Below are positions 1 through 12,106 of a stretch of 64,000 bases of DNA, piece after piece. The DNA is from Octopus bimaculoides. Its lineage: Eukaryota. Each line of letters starts with the position of its first letter. The first letter of the stretch is position 1. A program made the position numbers and the translations under genes. The stretch spans positions 35,435,409-35,499,408 of the forward strand of contig NC_068985.1 of assembly GCF_001194135.2 (NCBI RefSeq), written 5' to 3'. The notes below the pieces were generated by a model that ran no database searches, was not told where the DNA came from, and saw nothing but the letters and a program-made list of their open reading frames with translations.

Positions 1-552
1 GAAAAAGTGCCACACCCTAACAGTTGAGGGAACCTGTGGAAGAGGTAGGCCCTGGAAGACCTGGGCTGAGGTGGTGAGGCAAGGCCTTCGAACATTGGGC
101 CTCACCGAGGCGATGACTACTGACCGAGACCTTTGGAAATGTGCTGTGCGTGAGAAGACCCTGCAAGCCAAGTGAGATCGTTGCCAGTGCCCCTGGACTG
201 GCTCTTGTGCGGGTGGCACATAAGATGTACCATCATGAGCGTGACCGTTGACAGTACCGCCTGGCTGGCCTTTGTAGGGTTTTCGAGCGAGATCGTTGCC
301 AGTGCCCCTGGACTGGTTCTTGTGCGGGTGACACATAAAAGACACCATTTCGAGTGTGGCCGTTTTCGTGCGGGTGACACGTAAAAGCACCCACTACACT
401 CTCTGAGTGGTTGGCGTTAGGAAGGGCATCCAGCTGTAGAAACTCTGCCAAATTAGATTGGAGCCTGGTGTTGCCATCCGGTTTCACCAGTCCTCAATCA
501 AATCGTCCAACCCATGCTAGCATGGAAAGCGGACGTTAAATGATGATGATGA
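1..552 (+). mobile_element. 3' end of an RTE-clade LINE (ORF C-terminus, repetitive 3' UTR, (GAT)n tail)
   Basis: Translates as ...GTCGRGRPWKTWAEVVRQGLRTLGLTEAMTTDRDLWKCAV, followed by GATCGTTGCCAGTG subrepeats and a tail ending (TGA)n. The same tail recurs at 6268, 18594, 27439 and 31352. Confidence 0.85.
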
Positions 553-589
553 TATATGTGTGTAGGTATGTATATTCTAAATGTATCAT

Positions 590-1110
590 TTTCATCACCA
601 TATGTCTGTTTTCTATGCTGACATGGGTTGGAAAGTTTAACAGAAGCTAACCAGCTGAAGAGCTGCCCCAGCTCTATGTTTGTTTTGGCATAGTTTCTAT
701 GGCTGGATGCCCTTTCTAATGCCAACCATTTTACAGAGTGTACTGGGTGCTTTTATGTGGCACTGATACTGGTACTTTTTATGTGGCACCAGCAACTGCA
801 AGATTAGGGAGTGAACATGCTTGTATGCAAGGACAATCATGATTTTACTTAGATTGATGTATCTTCTCTAGCACAGCAAACTGCCAGGACTCTCAGTACC
901 TTGTCATCCCTCTACAAGGCCCAAAATCTTTAAATCCTTTCTCACTACTTCATTCCATGTTTTCCTGGGTCTACCCCTTCCACATGTTTCCTCCACAATT
1001 AGAAAATTGCTCCTCTTGATGCAACTCTTTTCATGCATACACATCACATGACTGCACCAGCACAGTCTTCTCTCTTGCACACTACATCTGGTGCCTTATA
1101 TACCCAGTTT
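590..1110 (-). mobile_element. Decayed RTE LINE 3' fragment
   Basis: Degenerate reverse complement of the tail at 1-552, including GGTCTACCCCTTCCAC (GRGRP motif on the minus strand). Confidence 0.6.
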
Positions 1111-1280
1111 GGTACAAAAAATTTTAGGACAAATGTCAGTTTCACTTTTTAAAATACACCAACTCAATTTGTTTATTATTCTAAGACTAAGCTTTTTATT
1201 GACTTTTAAGAAATAATCCAGTTTTTTTTAATAACTTTTGTTACTATTTGAGTTAATGTATTTTATCCATTTGTTTCCAG

Positions 1281-1328
1281 CAATTAATACTATAAATGGA
1301 AGAGATTTGGAACATTGTAATGCGGAAG
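1281..1328 (+). CDS. Predicted 48-nt phase1-1 exon of the pY-motif gene: (x)INTINGRDLEHCNAE
   Basis: Acceptor TTTGTTTCCAG, donor G|GTATTT, length 2+45+1, open and in frame with the exon at 2496. No homology support. Confidence 0.5.
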
Positions 1329-2495
1329 GTATTTTGGCACCCTTTATTCTTATTGATATATACTTATAAATAAAGGATTTTCTTTTTGAAACACTAGATT
1401 ATATAGAAAGTAACTTAAAGTTCCATGTGCTAGTGCAATAAAAAGATCAAAAATTTAACCATTCATGATCAGATAGTATTTGTCAATGAGCTAATTCTAC
1501 TGACATTAAAGAATTGAAAATGCGAGTTGTGACATTAATACCTTTCCCCTCCCGATGCTCACCAGTTTACAATGTCTGTCAAGAAGGGCAAAAAATATGC
1601 AAGATTTCTATTGTCATCCAGAAGCCACTAAGAAATTCTTAAGATTATTCTTATTCAAACAAAATTAATTTCTGTTATCAAATATTGTACTCATTCCTTC
1701 ATTAATTTTGAATTAATTTTCTAAGAGTATCTTGGATGAAATTTTGTTGATTTGAGGAGTTTTATGCATTTCAGTTCAAATGGTGGATTTTGTCCACAAT
1801 ACAAAAATAGCACTGGTGACTGTTAATTTTCCAAAACTATTTCTCTAAATACAATCTTTTTTATAAAGTATTGCTTAATCTTATCAGCATCACTATCAAA
1901 CATTCTTTCATACCTGGTTTATTGGAAAAAATATTACTTTAAAAACAGAAGAAAATATTTATTAATCAATATTATAAAACACTAAGACACATGTCAAATT
2001 TCTTCTTTGTTTGGGCCTAGTTCCCATCACAGATGTAGGACTAACAGTTAGTTGAAAGATGAAGCTTTTTACTGAGCAATGTAGGAGACAAAAGTTTACT
2101 GTTGGCATAAAGAAAAGAGTAGCAACCACCAGCAGTTTTAGCACTAACTTATAAACATTTCAAAGCAGAACATAATATTTTAGTTTGGAAATCCATTTTC
2201 CTCATCAATGCTTACATCATTTCATTGATATCGATGAGTGAAAGTTACATATGCGTTCACATGTACACACACTCTCACACACAGTGAGAAATTGAAGTTA
2301 AAGCACTGGTCCTTAAAAGCATCCTAGTTTTTAGAGTGCATTTACATTACAGACAATTCTATTTTTTAAAAGTCCATTAAAATTAAAAATAAATTCAGGT
2401 TAATATAGCTTGTCTGTGTCATAAATTTAATTACTTTTTGATATATGGAAATAAATACAGAAAGTATTTATACATTTCTATTCATACATTTTCAG

Positions 2496-2552
2496 ATGTG
2501 CACGAGGTTTCCAATGCCATCTATGATTCGTCTGGACACTTTGATGACCTAA
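2496..2552 (+). CDS. Predicted 57-nt phase1-1 exon: DVHEVSNAIYDSSGHFDDL
   Basis: Acceptor CATTTTCAG, donor A|GTATAT, open frame containing a Tyr motif, joins in frame to 5951. Confidence 0.65.
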   Translation: MCTRFPMPSMIRLDTLMT

Positions 2553-3029
2553 GTATATTACTTAGTGATTTTCATTTATGTTTTATTTTTGTCACTCTTT
2601 ATTTATTCATTTATTTATTTGCCTAATTTAATTAATAATCTAACTTTACTAATAGTCCCTCAATCACCCAAATGTATATCACATTACATTGGCAAACTAA
2701 AACATCCTAATCTGTGACTACTTTATCTTCATCACTTCCAGCCTTTCTTTAGAGCTTAACCCAATATTGTTACATCATCATTTTTCCCCCCTCTTCATAA
2801 AATGTTCCCCACATTTTTTTCTTAGAATATTAAATACTGGAACTTATGAGATGGAATTTGGGAATAAGAACAAATTGATTGACACATTAAAGAGCAACAA
2901 AAAGGGTGAAGCATAAGTAAATGATTGTTGGTCCTGAGTTACTGAAAACTGACATCAAAGAAAATGCACTTAAAATCTTTTAATTTATGTATTTACATTA
3001 TTCTGGTTGTGATAATTTGAGAATGGAAC

Positions 3030-3300
3030 AGAATGAATGATATGATCACAGAATATCAAAAGCACAAGTTTTGGAGGGCTGGACATGTCGCAAAGTTCAC
3101 AGACAACTGATGGATCCATGCAGTTGCCAAGTAGTATCTAAAAGATTGGAAAAGGCCACTTAGAAACACTTTACAACATGGGAGGATGATCTGGTCAAGC
3201 CGTTTGGATCAAGATGGAAAAGAATGGTACAATCAGGACAGAATTGGAAGTGCATTGTGACCAGCAGTGTTTAACATCATCTGTTGATCTGATCAATACT
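3030..3300 (+). mobile_element. Decayed RTE-type LINE 3' fragment
   Basis: Degenerate W-x-W-A-G-H-V-A ... RW ... KRPL ... WEDD pattern (GGGCTGGACATGTCGCA ... TGGGAGGATGATCTGG). Confidence 0.5.
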
Positions 3301-3420
3301 GTGATACAGTGATTTACATTATACTTTGCATGATTCCTAACTCACTTAGAAAAGAGAAGGAAAGGTGGTTGTGTTGCACACAGCAGGGAGATGTACTGAC
3401 ACGACTTCAATAACAATTGA

Positions 3421-3546
3421 TAAGGTGAATTGCTTCATACTCATCTGTTAGTCACACCTAAATAAGGTGAATTGCTCCATACTCATCTGTTAGTCACACC
3501 TAAATAAGGTGAATTGCTCCATACTCATCTGTTAGTCACAGCTAAA
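3421..3546 (+). repeat. 42-bp tandem repeat x3
   Basis: TAAGGTGAATTGCT(T/C)CATACTCATCTGTTAGTCACA(C/G)CTAAA starts at 3421, 3463 and 3505. Confidence 0.9.
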
Positions 3547-5459
3547 AAGAGTGATGGGCCTGGTTGAGAAGAGGGTGCAAATCTCTGTGTATTAATGCTG
3601 CTCTGTGACCTGCAGACTCTAGACCTTGCCCAACCAGATGAGAAATGGTCATGACAGTGGAGTGGAGGCTAAGTGCATCTGATGCCAGCACTCTGAGAAC
3701 TAAGGTAGTTTGTGTTTATCCACATAAACAAGCAACTTGGTTTTAGTGAGAATCAGACAGAGTAGTAAGAGTAATGGAATGAATTATATGGAGGGTATCC
3801 AATGCTTTTCCATGTTATAAATAAAATTTGGTGATAGAGGGAACATAAGTTAAAGAGCTAAAGATAGTAAAGATCCAGAGAGGTTGCAAGAACAGGGTCA
3901 TTGACCTAATGAGATGTGATGGAATCAAGGGCGTCAATGAAAGAGGGAGAAATAAGATGGTATTGAGGTGGCTGTGAAGTTATTATGGGGAAAGAACATT
4001 AAAGAAGAAAAAAGCTGTGGAGAATAAGTGAGTGAATACAACAGGAGTAGTAAAAAAAAAAAAGAAAGGCTGAAGGGTATGCTACAGGTGGGGAGAAGAG
4101 CAGAGGATGAATATACTGAAAGTATTTCAGGTAGAGAGGATAGTGAGTGAATGCCATCTCATGTCTATCTAGATTTTCCTCTTCTATATCACTGTCCATT
4201 CTGAGTACACAACAATATTTATGCAGCTGTCATCATCCATATATGTCACATGTACCAATGTGATTTTCTCTTTTGCATACTCTCTCTCATTTTTCATGTT
4301 CATATTCCATTGGATGATGTGAGAGGTCTCGGGTGCATTGGATTGGTATGGTTTCTATGGTTGGATACCCATCCTGATACCAACCATTTTACAGAATTAC
4401 TTAATATTTCCTTTCATAGTACCAGTACTAGTGAGGTTGTCATGCAGCTTGCATGATTAGGATCCCCTTTAACTGAGTGGGACTACGGCAGAGAGAGAGA
4501 AAATTTTATGTGAAGAGATATAGTATGAGAGAAGGAACTAGAACAGAACAGGTTTTTTTCTGTAGAGAAGCTACATGCCTACTCACATTAAAAATGAGAG
4601 AGTGGGAATAACTGAGATGGAGCTGGAAAAAGAAAAAAATAACATGATATACCTTTTCCTTAAATATTTCATTAATTAGAGATAATAAAATTGTTATGAT
4701 ATGTTACATACTCTGAAGCTACTCCTAATATTATCAAACAAAACACTATAAACAATGTGTTAATATTATAGGAATACAAAAAGAATTAAATCAAGTAATT
4801 TAACTATACAGTAGCAATGATGAGAAGAGGTACAGTAGAGGCATTTAAAAGATTTTTGCTGAAGTTGTAAATAGCTCACTAGAATTACCCTTTAGCATTT
4901 AATCCGGCCAGATCTAACCTAGATATTCTCCCCATTTTATGTTCAAACTGATCAGATGAGATCTCTCACACCTCCCTTACTATGTCATTCCAAACTAGGC
5001 AATCATATCATTGAATCTCAAAGATACAAGAACTCAAATCAATGTGAATAAATAAGCATTACAGTTTAAAGAGTAACGTGAATGCTGAAGAATTAAAGTG
5101 TTTGAAGAATTGCTGTATAGTTAAATTTAAATTGAATTTATTTCTCAACTTTATAGTTTATATTACATTTGTGTATCATATTTAGTTGTTCATCTGATTA
5201 CTTGTATGCCATAGGTGTGTACTCGCAATATATACAGCAAAATACCTCAACTTACCTCTAGTTGGAATCGAATTGTAACATCAAGATCTTACATCTTAAA
5301 ATTTTACTCATTAATATTTACCATAATCCAGAGTTTCTATACTGTGTGCTTTTGTGAGTTGGTTTTTCAAAATCACTCCCATGATGCAGTTTCAGCACTC
5401 AGTTAAAACTGTTTCACTTAATGTATTATCAACATCATCACAAGGCAATGTAGAATCAT

Positions 5460-5625
5460 TAGCACACCAGGCAGAATGTTTAGTGGTGTTTCATCTGTCT
5501 TTATGTTCTGAGTTCAAATTCTGCCAAAGTTGACTTTACCTTTCACCCTTTTAGGGTTGACAGAATAAGTACCACTTGAGGATTGGAGTCGATGTAATCA
5601 ACTTATTCCCTCCCCATCCTTAAGA
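5460..5625 (+). mobile_element. SINE-like interspersed repeat fragment
   Basis: GTTCTGAGTTCAAATTCTGCC...GACTTTACCTTTCA core. A related copy lies in the opposite orientation at about 48070-48230. Confidence 0.6.
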
Positions 5626-5950
5626 AGAAAAAGATGCATTGTATCCTGTCTGAATGAAATATGGAATAGAAAACATATAATCATTGCTCTAACTTGGGAC
5701 TGAATGCCTACATCAGCAACAACAAGACTTCTCACGTATTCATAGATATCGCTGGTTATGAAAAATAGATATTTGTTCCTTGACTTCATTTATCTTGCTT
5801 GCATTGATAATTTAGATAATTCATTCTTTTTGTTATGCTTTCTTTGTTTGAATTTTTTTTTAAATATTAAATCATTAATATTTTTCTAATCATTTTACCT
5901 GAGAAACAGTTGCAAATAATAAATATATTCATTTTTATTTCATCTCTTAG

Positions 5951-5998
5951 ATACGGACGATATTTATGCTAATGTTAAAAAACCTAACAAACTTAACA
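5951..5998 (+). CDS. Divergent first member of the micro-exon family, 48 nt: NTDDIYANVKKPNKLN
   Basis: Acceptor CATCTCTTAG, donor A|GTAAGT, phase1-1, homologous to the 51-nt exons downstream. Confidence 0.8.
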
Positions 5999-6267
5999 GT
6001 AAGTATAATTCAAACAAATATCTTTATATTTTATATTGCTTTACATACCAAGGTGGTAGCAGAATGTTTCGTCACTTGTTCTGTGGCACACCAACAGGTG
6101 GCAGTACATGTGGCATGCACAGTGAGGTGTCCCAACACAATCGTCAGTGTCTGATGATTGTGTTGGGACACCAGACATGTTATAAAATACTGTTTGGCAT
6201 GTTCTCAGCACATGTAACTGATAATAGCACATAAAAACATATACCGCTTTTAATAAATTATATATAT

Positions 6268-8060
6268 ATCATCATCATCATCATCATCATCGTTTAATAT
6301 CCGCTTTCTATGCTAGCATGGGTTGGACGATTTGACTGAGGACTGGTGAACCAGATGGCTACACCAGGCTCCAATCTGATTTGGCAGAGTTTCTACGGCT
6401 GGATGCCCTTCCGCCAACCACTCCGAGAGTGTAGTGGGTGCTTTTACGTGCCACCGGCACGAAGGCCAGTCAAGTGGTACTGGCAATGGCCACGCTCAAA
6501 ATAGTGTATTTTACATGCCACCTGCACGGGAGCCAGTCCAGCAGCAGTGGCAATGATCTCGCTCAAATGTCTTTACACGTGCCAGGAAGGCGACGCTGGG
6601 CACAGGTGCCGTCACGATTTCGCTTTCGCTTGCCCCAACATGCACACTGACATTACACATCCAGCAGAGCATACTGGCTTCATTTATTGCAAGATTATGC
6701 CTGTCCTCAGCAGTCACAGCCCATGTTTCACTGCCATGTAGCATGGCTGTTTGTACACATGCATCATACAGTCTACTTTTTACTCTGAGTGAGAGGCACT
6801 TTGTCACCAGCAGAGGTAGGAGCTCTCTGAACTTTGCCCAGGCTATTCTTATTCTAGCAGCCACACTCTCAGAGCAACTGCCCTTACTACTGACTTGGTC
6901 ACCTAGGTAACAGAAGCTATCAACTATTTGTAGTTATCCCCCATGGAATGTGACGGAGGCTGTTTTCTGCACATTTCGATTCTAGTCCTTGCTTCCACAC
7001 CTGAAACTTCTCCTCTAGTTCTGATAGTGACTCAGCAATTAGTGCTAGGTCATCAGCATAGAGGAGCTCCCAGGGGCATCCTATCTTGAATTCCTCTGTT
7101 ATCGCCTGGAGGACTATGATAAATAGGAGGGGGCTGAGGACAGAACCTTGGTGGACCCCTACCTCTACCCGGAATTCTTCACTGTACTCATTTCCAACCC
7201 TCACCTTACTAACAGCGTCTCTGTACATAACTCTCACAGCTCTCACTAACCATTCTTCTATCCCAAGTTTCCTCATTGACCACCAGATAAGGGATCGGGG
7301 GACCCTGTCAAAGGCTTTCTCCATGTCAACGAAAGCAAGGTACAGAGGTTTATCCTTAGCTAGGTATTTCTCCTGAAGCTGTCTTACCAGAAACATAGCA
7401 TCAGTGGTGCTTTTCCCAGGTACAAACCAAACTGCATCTCTGACTCGCTCCCTAATTAGTTGGTCTATGACCCTCTCTGTGACTTTCATTACCTGATCTA
7501 ACAACTTGATACCTCTGTAATTATTTGTATCTAAAGCGTCACCTTTACATTTGTAGCAGTTGACAATGGTGCTGCTACACCAGTCATTGGGTATGACTCC
7601 TTTGTGTATCACCTGGTTAACAATACGGGTGACTAGGCTATAGCCTACACTGCCAGATATTTTGAGCATCTCTGTAGGGATTCCTGATGGGCCGGAGGCC
7701 TTCCCTGTCTTCATACTCTTAATTGCTTTACCTACCATGGAACTGTCAACTCGGATAGCTGGTCCCTCTGTTGGGTCGACATTCGGCAGACTCTCTTTCT
7801 CCCACTCATTCTCTTTATTGAGCAATCTTTCATAGTGGCATCTCCAAACCTCTCTCTTTGCAGCCTCGTTTAGTACAAGCATACCATCATCCATGCGAAC
7901 ACATTTCTCTCCCACGACATCACGATTCTCTCTCACACACTGTCTTGCAACACGAAATACCTCAAGTCTTTGGTCCTCACGGTGCATAACATTGGCAAAC
8001 TTTTCCTTATCTGCTTCCCCTCTGGCTAAATAAACCTGTCGCCTAGCTTCCCTCCTGGCA
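6268..8060 (-). mobile_element. Relatively young RTE-clade LINE (RT region, C-terminus and tail; 5'-truncated, with internal deletions)
   Basis: ORF 6920-7987 has GKASGPSG, YRGIKLL, FVDMEKAFDRV, GVHQGSVLSPLLF and LYADDL. ORF 6511-6864 gives the RTE C-terminus (LHGSETW). (ATC)n tail at about 6268. Confidence 0.92.
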
Positions 8061-8063
8061 TTC

Positions 8064-8552
8064 TGAGTGCCACTCCCTAACAGTTAAGGGAATCTGTGGA
8101 AGAGGTAGGCCCAGGAAGACCTGGGATGAGGTGGTGAGGCACGACCTTTGAACATTGGGCCTCACTGAGGGGATGACTTCTGACCGAGACCTTTGGAAAT
8201 ATGCTGTGCATGAGAAGACCTGGCAAGCCATGTGAGACCTAAATCCAATGCCTCCGCCAGGGGTGTAGCCAGCCCACTTATGTGTACCTTCCTTCCTTCC
8301 TTCATAGGACACTAAACTCCGCTTGCGAAGACCTGTTGAGGCAAGTGAAATCGGAATCGAAATCGAACTAAATTCGACGACTGGCACCCATGCCAACGTC
8401 ATCTCTTCCATTGGACACGAAACTCGGCTTGTGAAGGCATGTTGGGGCAAGCGAAAGTGAAATCGTGATGGCACCTGCGCCCAGTGTCGCCTTCCTGGCA
8501 CGTGTAAAAACATTCAAGTGAGATCGTTGCCAGTCCCGCTGGACTGGCTCCT
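8064..8552 (+). mobile_element. Inverted piece of the same RTE family (ORF end plus proximal 3' UTR)
   Basis: GICGRGRPRKTWDEVVRHDL... closely matches 1-170 and abuts the 5' end of the minus-strand copy. Confidence 0.85.
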
Positions 8553-8997
8553 ATGTAGGACACGAAATTTGGCTTGACAACCTTTTAGTGACAACTTTTT
8601 TAGTGCTGGTGCCATGGGAAAAAATGCACTTTGTACACACATTTTGCAATGGTTGATGTTATGAATGTAATCCAGTCTGAGAAGCCGCATAAACATGATA
8701 ACATATGCAAGAGTTATGGTCAAGGGACCAAGCCTAGGTGGGATCTGATCCTAAATAGTCACTTTTTTTGAAACAAGACTTCTCACCCAACCCTTGTCGG
8801 CATAGAAAGCAAATGAAAAGTAACAATATTGGTGCTGCTGGTGATGGCAGTGGTGAAGAAGAAGAAGAAATTCCTGCTTGTACTTCTTTATAGCTTTATG
8901 TATGTTAGGGAGTGAATGTTTCTCATTAATATTAATTCTGATACTTTCATCACAGCATCACAATATTTAAATCCTATCTTTCTTTAATTCCTTAAAG

Positions 8998-9048
8998 ATG
9001 TGGAAGACCTTTATGCTAAAGTCAACAAACCAAGCATGCAAACTAATG
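8998..9048 (+). CDS. 51-nt long-type micro-exon: NVEDLYAKVNKPSMQTN
   Basis: CTTAAAG acceptor, G|GTAAGC donor, phase1-1, open. Confidence 0.85.
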
Positions 9049-10259
9049 GTAAGCATAATTATATTCAGTCCATTCATAAAATTATATCAATTTTAAGAGA
9101 TATTAACTGATACATACAACAGAGAAAATTTGTGTTCTTATGGGACAATCTGCTGAGGTCGAAAGTAAATCAATGGCTGGTGCAAGGTCCCAAATAAAAA
9201 AATACAAGGTAACACATAAAATACTATTTTGGAAATTACCATAACAGATAACAGACAGGTTTGGAAAGGGTGAATTTGGGGAAAAGGACAAACCCTTTGA
9301 CTTAGTCATTCAGTATCTGACCTGTTAGATGCTAAGGAAACTGGACTTAGATGAATAGGTTGTGTGAGCCATACAAGCCATGTGCAGAATCATTGTGGGT
9401 AAGGTGAGTGATAGCAATGAATTTAGTATGCATATGGGGTTTATCAGGACTCAATGCTCAGCATTCCTGCTTATTTAGGCCTCCAAACTATGGAAGAGGT
9501 GTTCTTAACAATTAACCTTGGAAACTAATGCTAATGACTCTGTTCATCAATTATTTTTTTACTTGTTGCAGTCGTTTGACTGCAGACATGCTGGTGCACT
9601 GCCTTTTAGTTGAAGAGTGAAAGTAAGGGCGCTTTATATAGTACCAAAGACCTGAAGGCCCCGTCTCAAAAACTACACCAAAATGAGATATGAGAGAATT
9701 ATGATCTGTGGATGAAGCCAAGGTGTGTTGTGATAGCAAAGAGGAACTGATTTTAATTATGATCGCCGGACAAACTCATGCCGGCATCGACAGTGGTTGA
9801 TCAATGATAATTATGATGACAAAATATATTAAGCAAAGAGTTAGCAAATATTTAGGCTAATTTTCCTTTCAATAGAGATAACACTGTAATATAACCTACA
9901 TAACACAAAAATTTATAAATGTGCATTTTGCATTACATGTAAACATATTTTCATGTGTATTAGCAATTTCTGCCTTTATTAATCATTAATTGTACTTTAT
10001 TTTTTAACTCAATGTATTTTTATTCGTTTGTTTTTTCTGTTAATTTGGTAATGATAATCTGAGCTAAATAAAGAAAATAATATTATATTATTAATTTCTA
10101 CTTAAACAATTTTGAATGTGTGTGTATGAGAAAGTGAATGTTTTTCATTAATATTTGTTCTGATACTTTCAATATATCCTAAATATATTTTAAATGTTAT
10201 CTATAATCATGTCATTATTTTTTAATACTTTAAATTTGTGGTCAATATTTATCCTAAAG

Positions 10260-10286
10260 ACAATACAAATAGGAAGAAACCTGCTG
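10260..10286 (+). CDS. 27-nt short-type micro-exon: DNTNRKKPA
   Basis: Original AG lost (TAAAG to TAAAT), new acceptor TTTATCCTAAAG 24 nt downstream, G|GTAAGC donor, phase1-1. Confidence 0.7.
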
Positions 10287-11317
10287 GTAAGCATGAATAT
10301 GTTCAGTTCATTAATATAACTAACAAGACTTTGGGCGGTATTAACTAACATATATGACGAAAATTATGTATCTAAGATTATAGTAGTAGAAAATCTGCAG
10401 CTTTTACTGAACCACGTGCTAAACTCCATAGATTAGATAAGTGGCTGGTACAAGGTGACCCACACTGAGACAATATTATAGGTAGCACCTTAGCAAGTGA
10501 AAGACTTGTAGAAAGGAGGCAATAAGGAAAATATCAAACAACTAGAGAAACTAAATTTTTGCTATACATAGCAAAGGGAAGAGCAAAAAAAAGCAGAAGT
10601 TGCATGTATTGTGCAAGATGAGGATCAGACATGCAAGGCCATCCAAATTGACTGACAGTCTGCCAAACAGAAGACACTCTATGTAGATGTATAGAATAAC
10701 AATGGCTTCCTCAGTCTTACTGATGCCAAAAGTAAAGAGAATGAATTCATTCTAAATAGAAACAGAAGAGCTACTCGCATTCTAGTTTTTCAGTATCATA
10801 ACAATGCAATCTAACAATGAAATGATAGGGAACGTACCTGGTTTCTTGAGACTAGATATTTAGAGATTTAGAATATCCATGGGTTATTGGAAAGTTGATT
10901 AAGAATAGGATTAACTTGGATATGCCAAGAAGCTGTATCATTGAGATTGTATTCCAAATGAAATAACTACAAGAGCTACTTAGCTTTGAGTAAGCTCCTA
11001 TACCAAGCATTTGTGAATTTAGAGAAAGGGACAAACCCTTTGACTTAGTCATTCAATATTTAACCTGGGAGATGCTAAGGAAACTAGACTTTCATGAATT
11101 GGTTGTGTGAGCTATACAAGCCATATGCACAATCATTATGGGCAAGGTGAGCAATAGCAACGAATTTAGTGTGCATATGGGGTTTATCAGGACTCGGTGC
11201 TCAACTGTCCTGCTTATTTAGGCCTCCAAACTATGAAAGAGGTATTCTCAACAACTAACCATGGAAGCACCTGTATACTGATGACATAGCTCTGATAACA
11301 AAATCTGTTGAACATAT

Positions 11318-11511
11318 ATTCTTTTACTTGTTTCAGTCATTTAACTGTGACCATGCTGGTGCACAGCATTTTAATCAAAGAAGTTGGCCCCAGGACTTAT
11401 TGTTTGTAATCCTGTTACTTATTCTGTCAGTCGCTTTTGCCAAACTGCTAAGTTGTAGGGACATAGACACACCAACATCGGTTGTCAAGCGATGGTTGGG
11501 GGACGAACACA

Positions 11512-11560
<49 letters not shown>

Positions 11561-11723
11561 GACAGGCTTCTTTCAGTTTCTGTCTACCAAATCCACACAC
11601 AAGGCTTTGGTCAGTTTGAAGATATAATAGAGGACACTTGCCCAAGGTGCCACGCAGTGAAACTGAGTCTGAAAACATGTGGTTGGGAAGCAAGCTTCTT
11701 ACCACACAGCCATGCCTGCGCCT
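11318..11723 (-). mobile_element. Full-length tRNA-derived SINE with an internal (CA)n(TA)n tract
   Basis: Minus-strand head AGGCGCAGGCATGGCTGTGTGGTAAGAAGCTTGC... It interrupts the intronic LINE relative to the empty sites at about 15550, 19215 and 21490. Confidence 0.85.
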
Positions 11724-12055
11724 CTCATCTGATAGATATTCCAAACATGATAGCAAAACCTGCATTTAAAAGATTTTAAATTGAATCTAGTAAAAACAAA
11801 TGTTTTACCATATATGAAGAAAGACTGAACTCAGATATCATCAGGAAAAAAAATGTGTTTTGTATGCAGGAAGTGAGCAGGTAGAAATTTCAACAAGTGT
11901 TCCCAGTCTAAATAATGCACACAAAAATTCCTGCTTGTACTTCTTTGTACCTTTATGTATGTGAGGGAGTGAATGTTTCTCATTAATATTAGTTCTGATA
12001 CTTTCAGCACATCATTAACAGATTTTAAATAAAATCTTATTTTAATTACTTAAAG

Positions 12056-12106
12056 ATGTGAATGACCTTTATGCTAAAGTCAATAAACCAAACAAGGAAA
12101 CCTATG
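12056..12106 (+). CDS. 51-nt long-type micro-exon: DVNDLYAKVNKPNKETY
   Basis: CTTAAAG acceptor, G|GTAAGC donor, phase1-1, open. Confidence 0.85.

Noticed and set aside
8998-9048. Horizontal transfer of the YAKVNK motif from Helicobacter CagA
   Set aside because: A six-residue identity inside intron-bounded exons is explained by convergence on an SH2-ligand motif.
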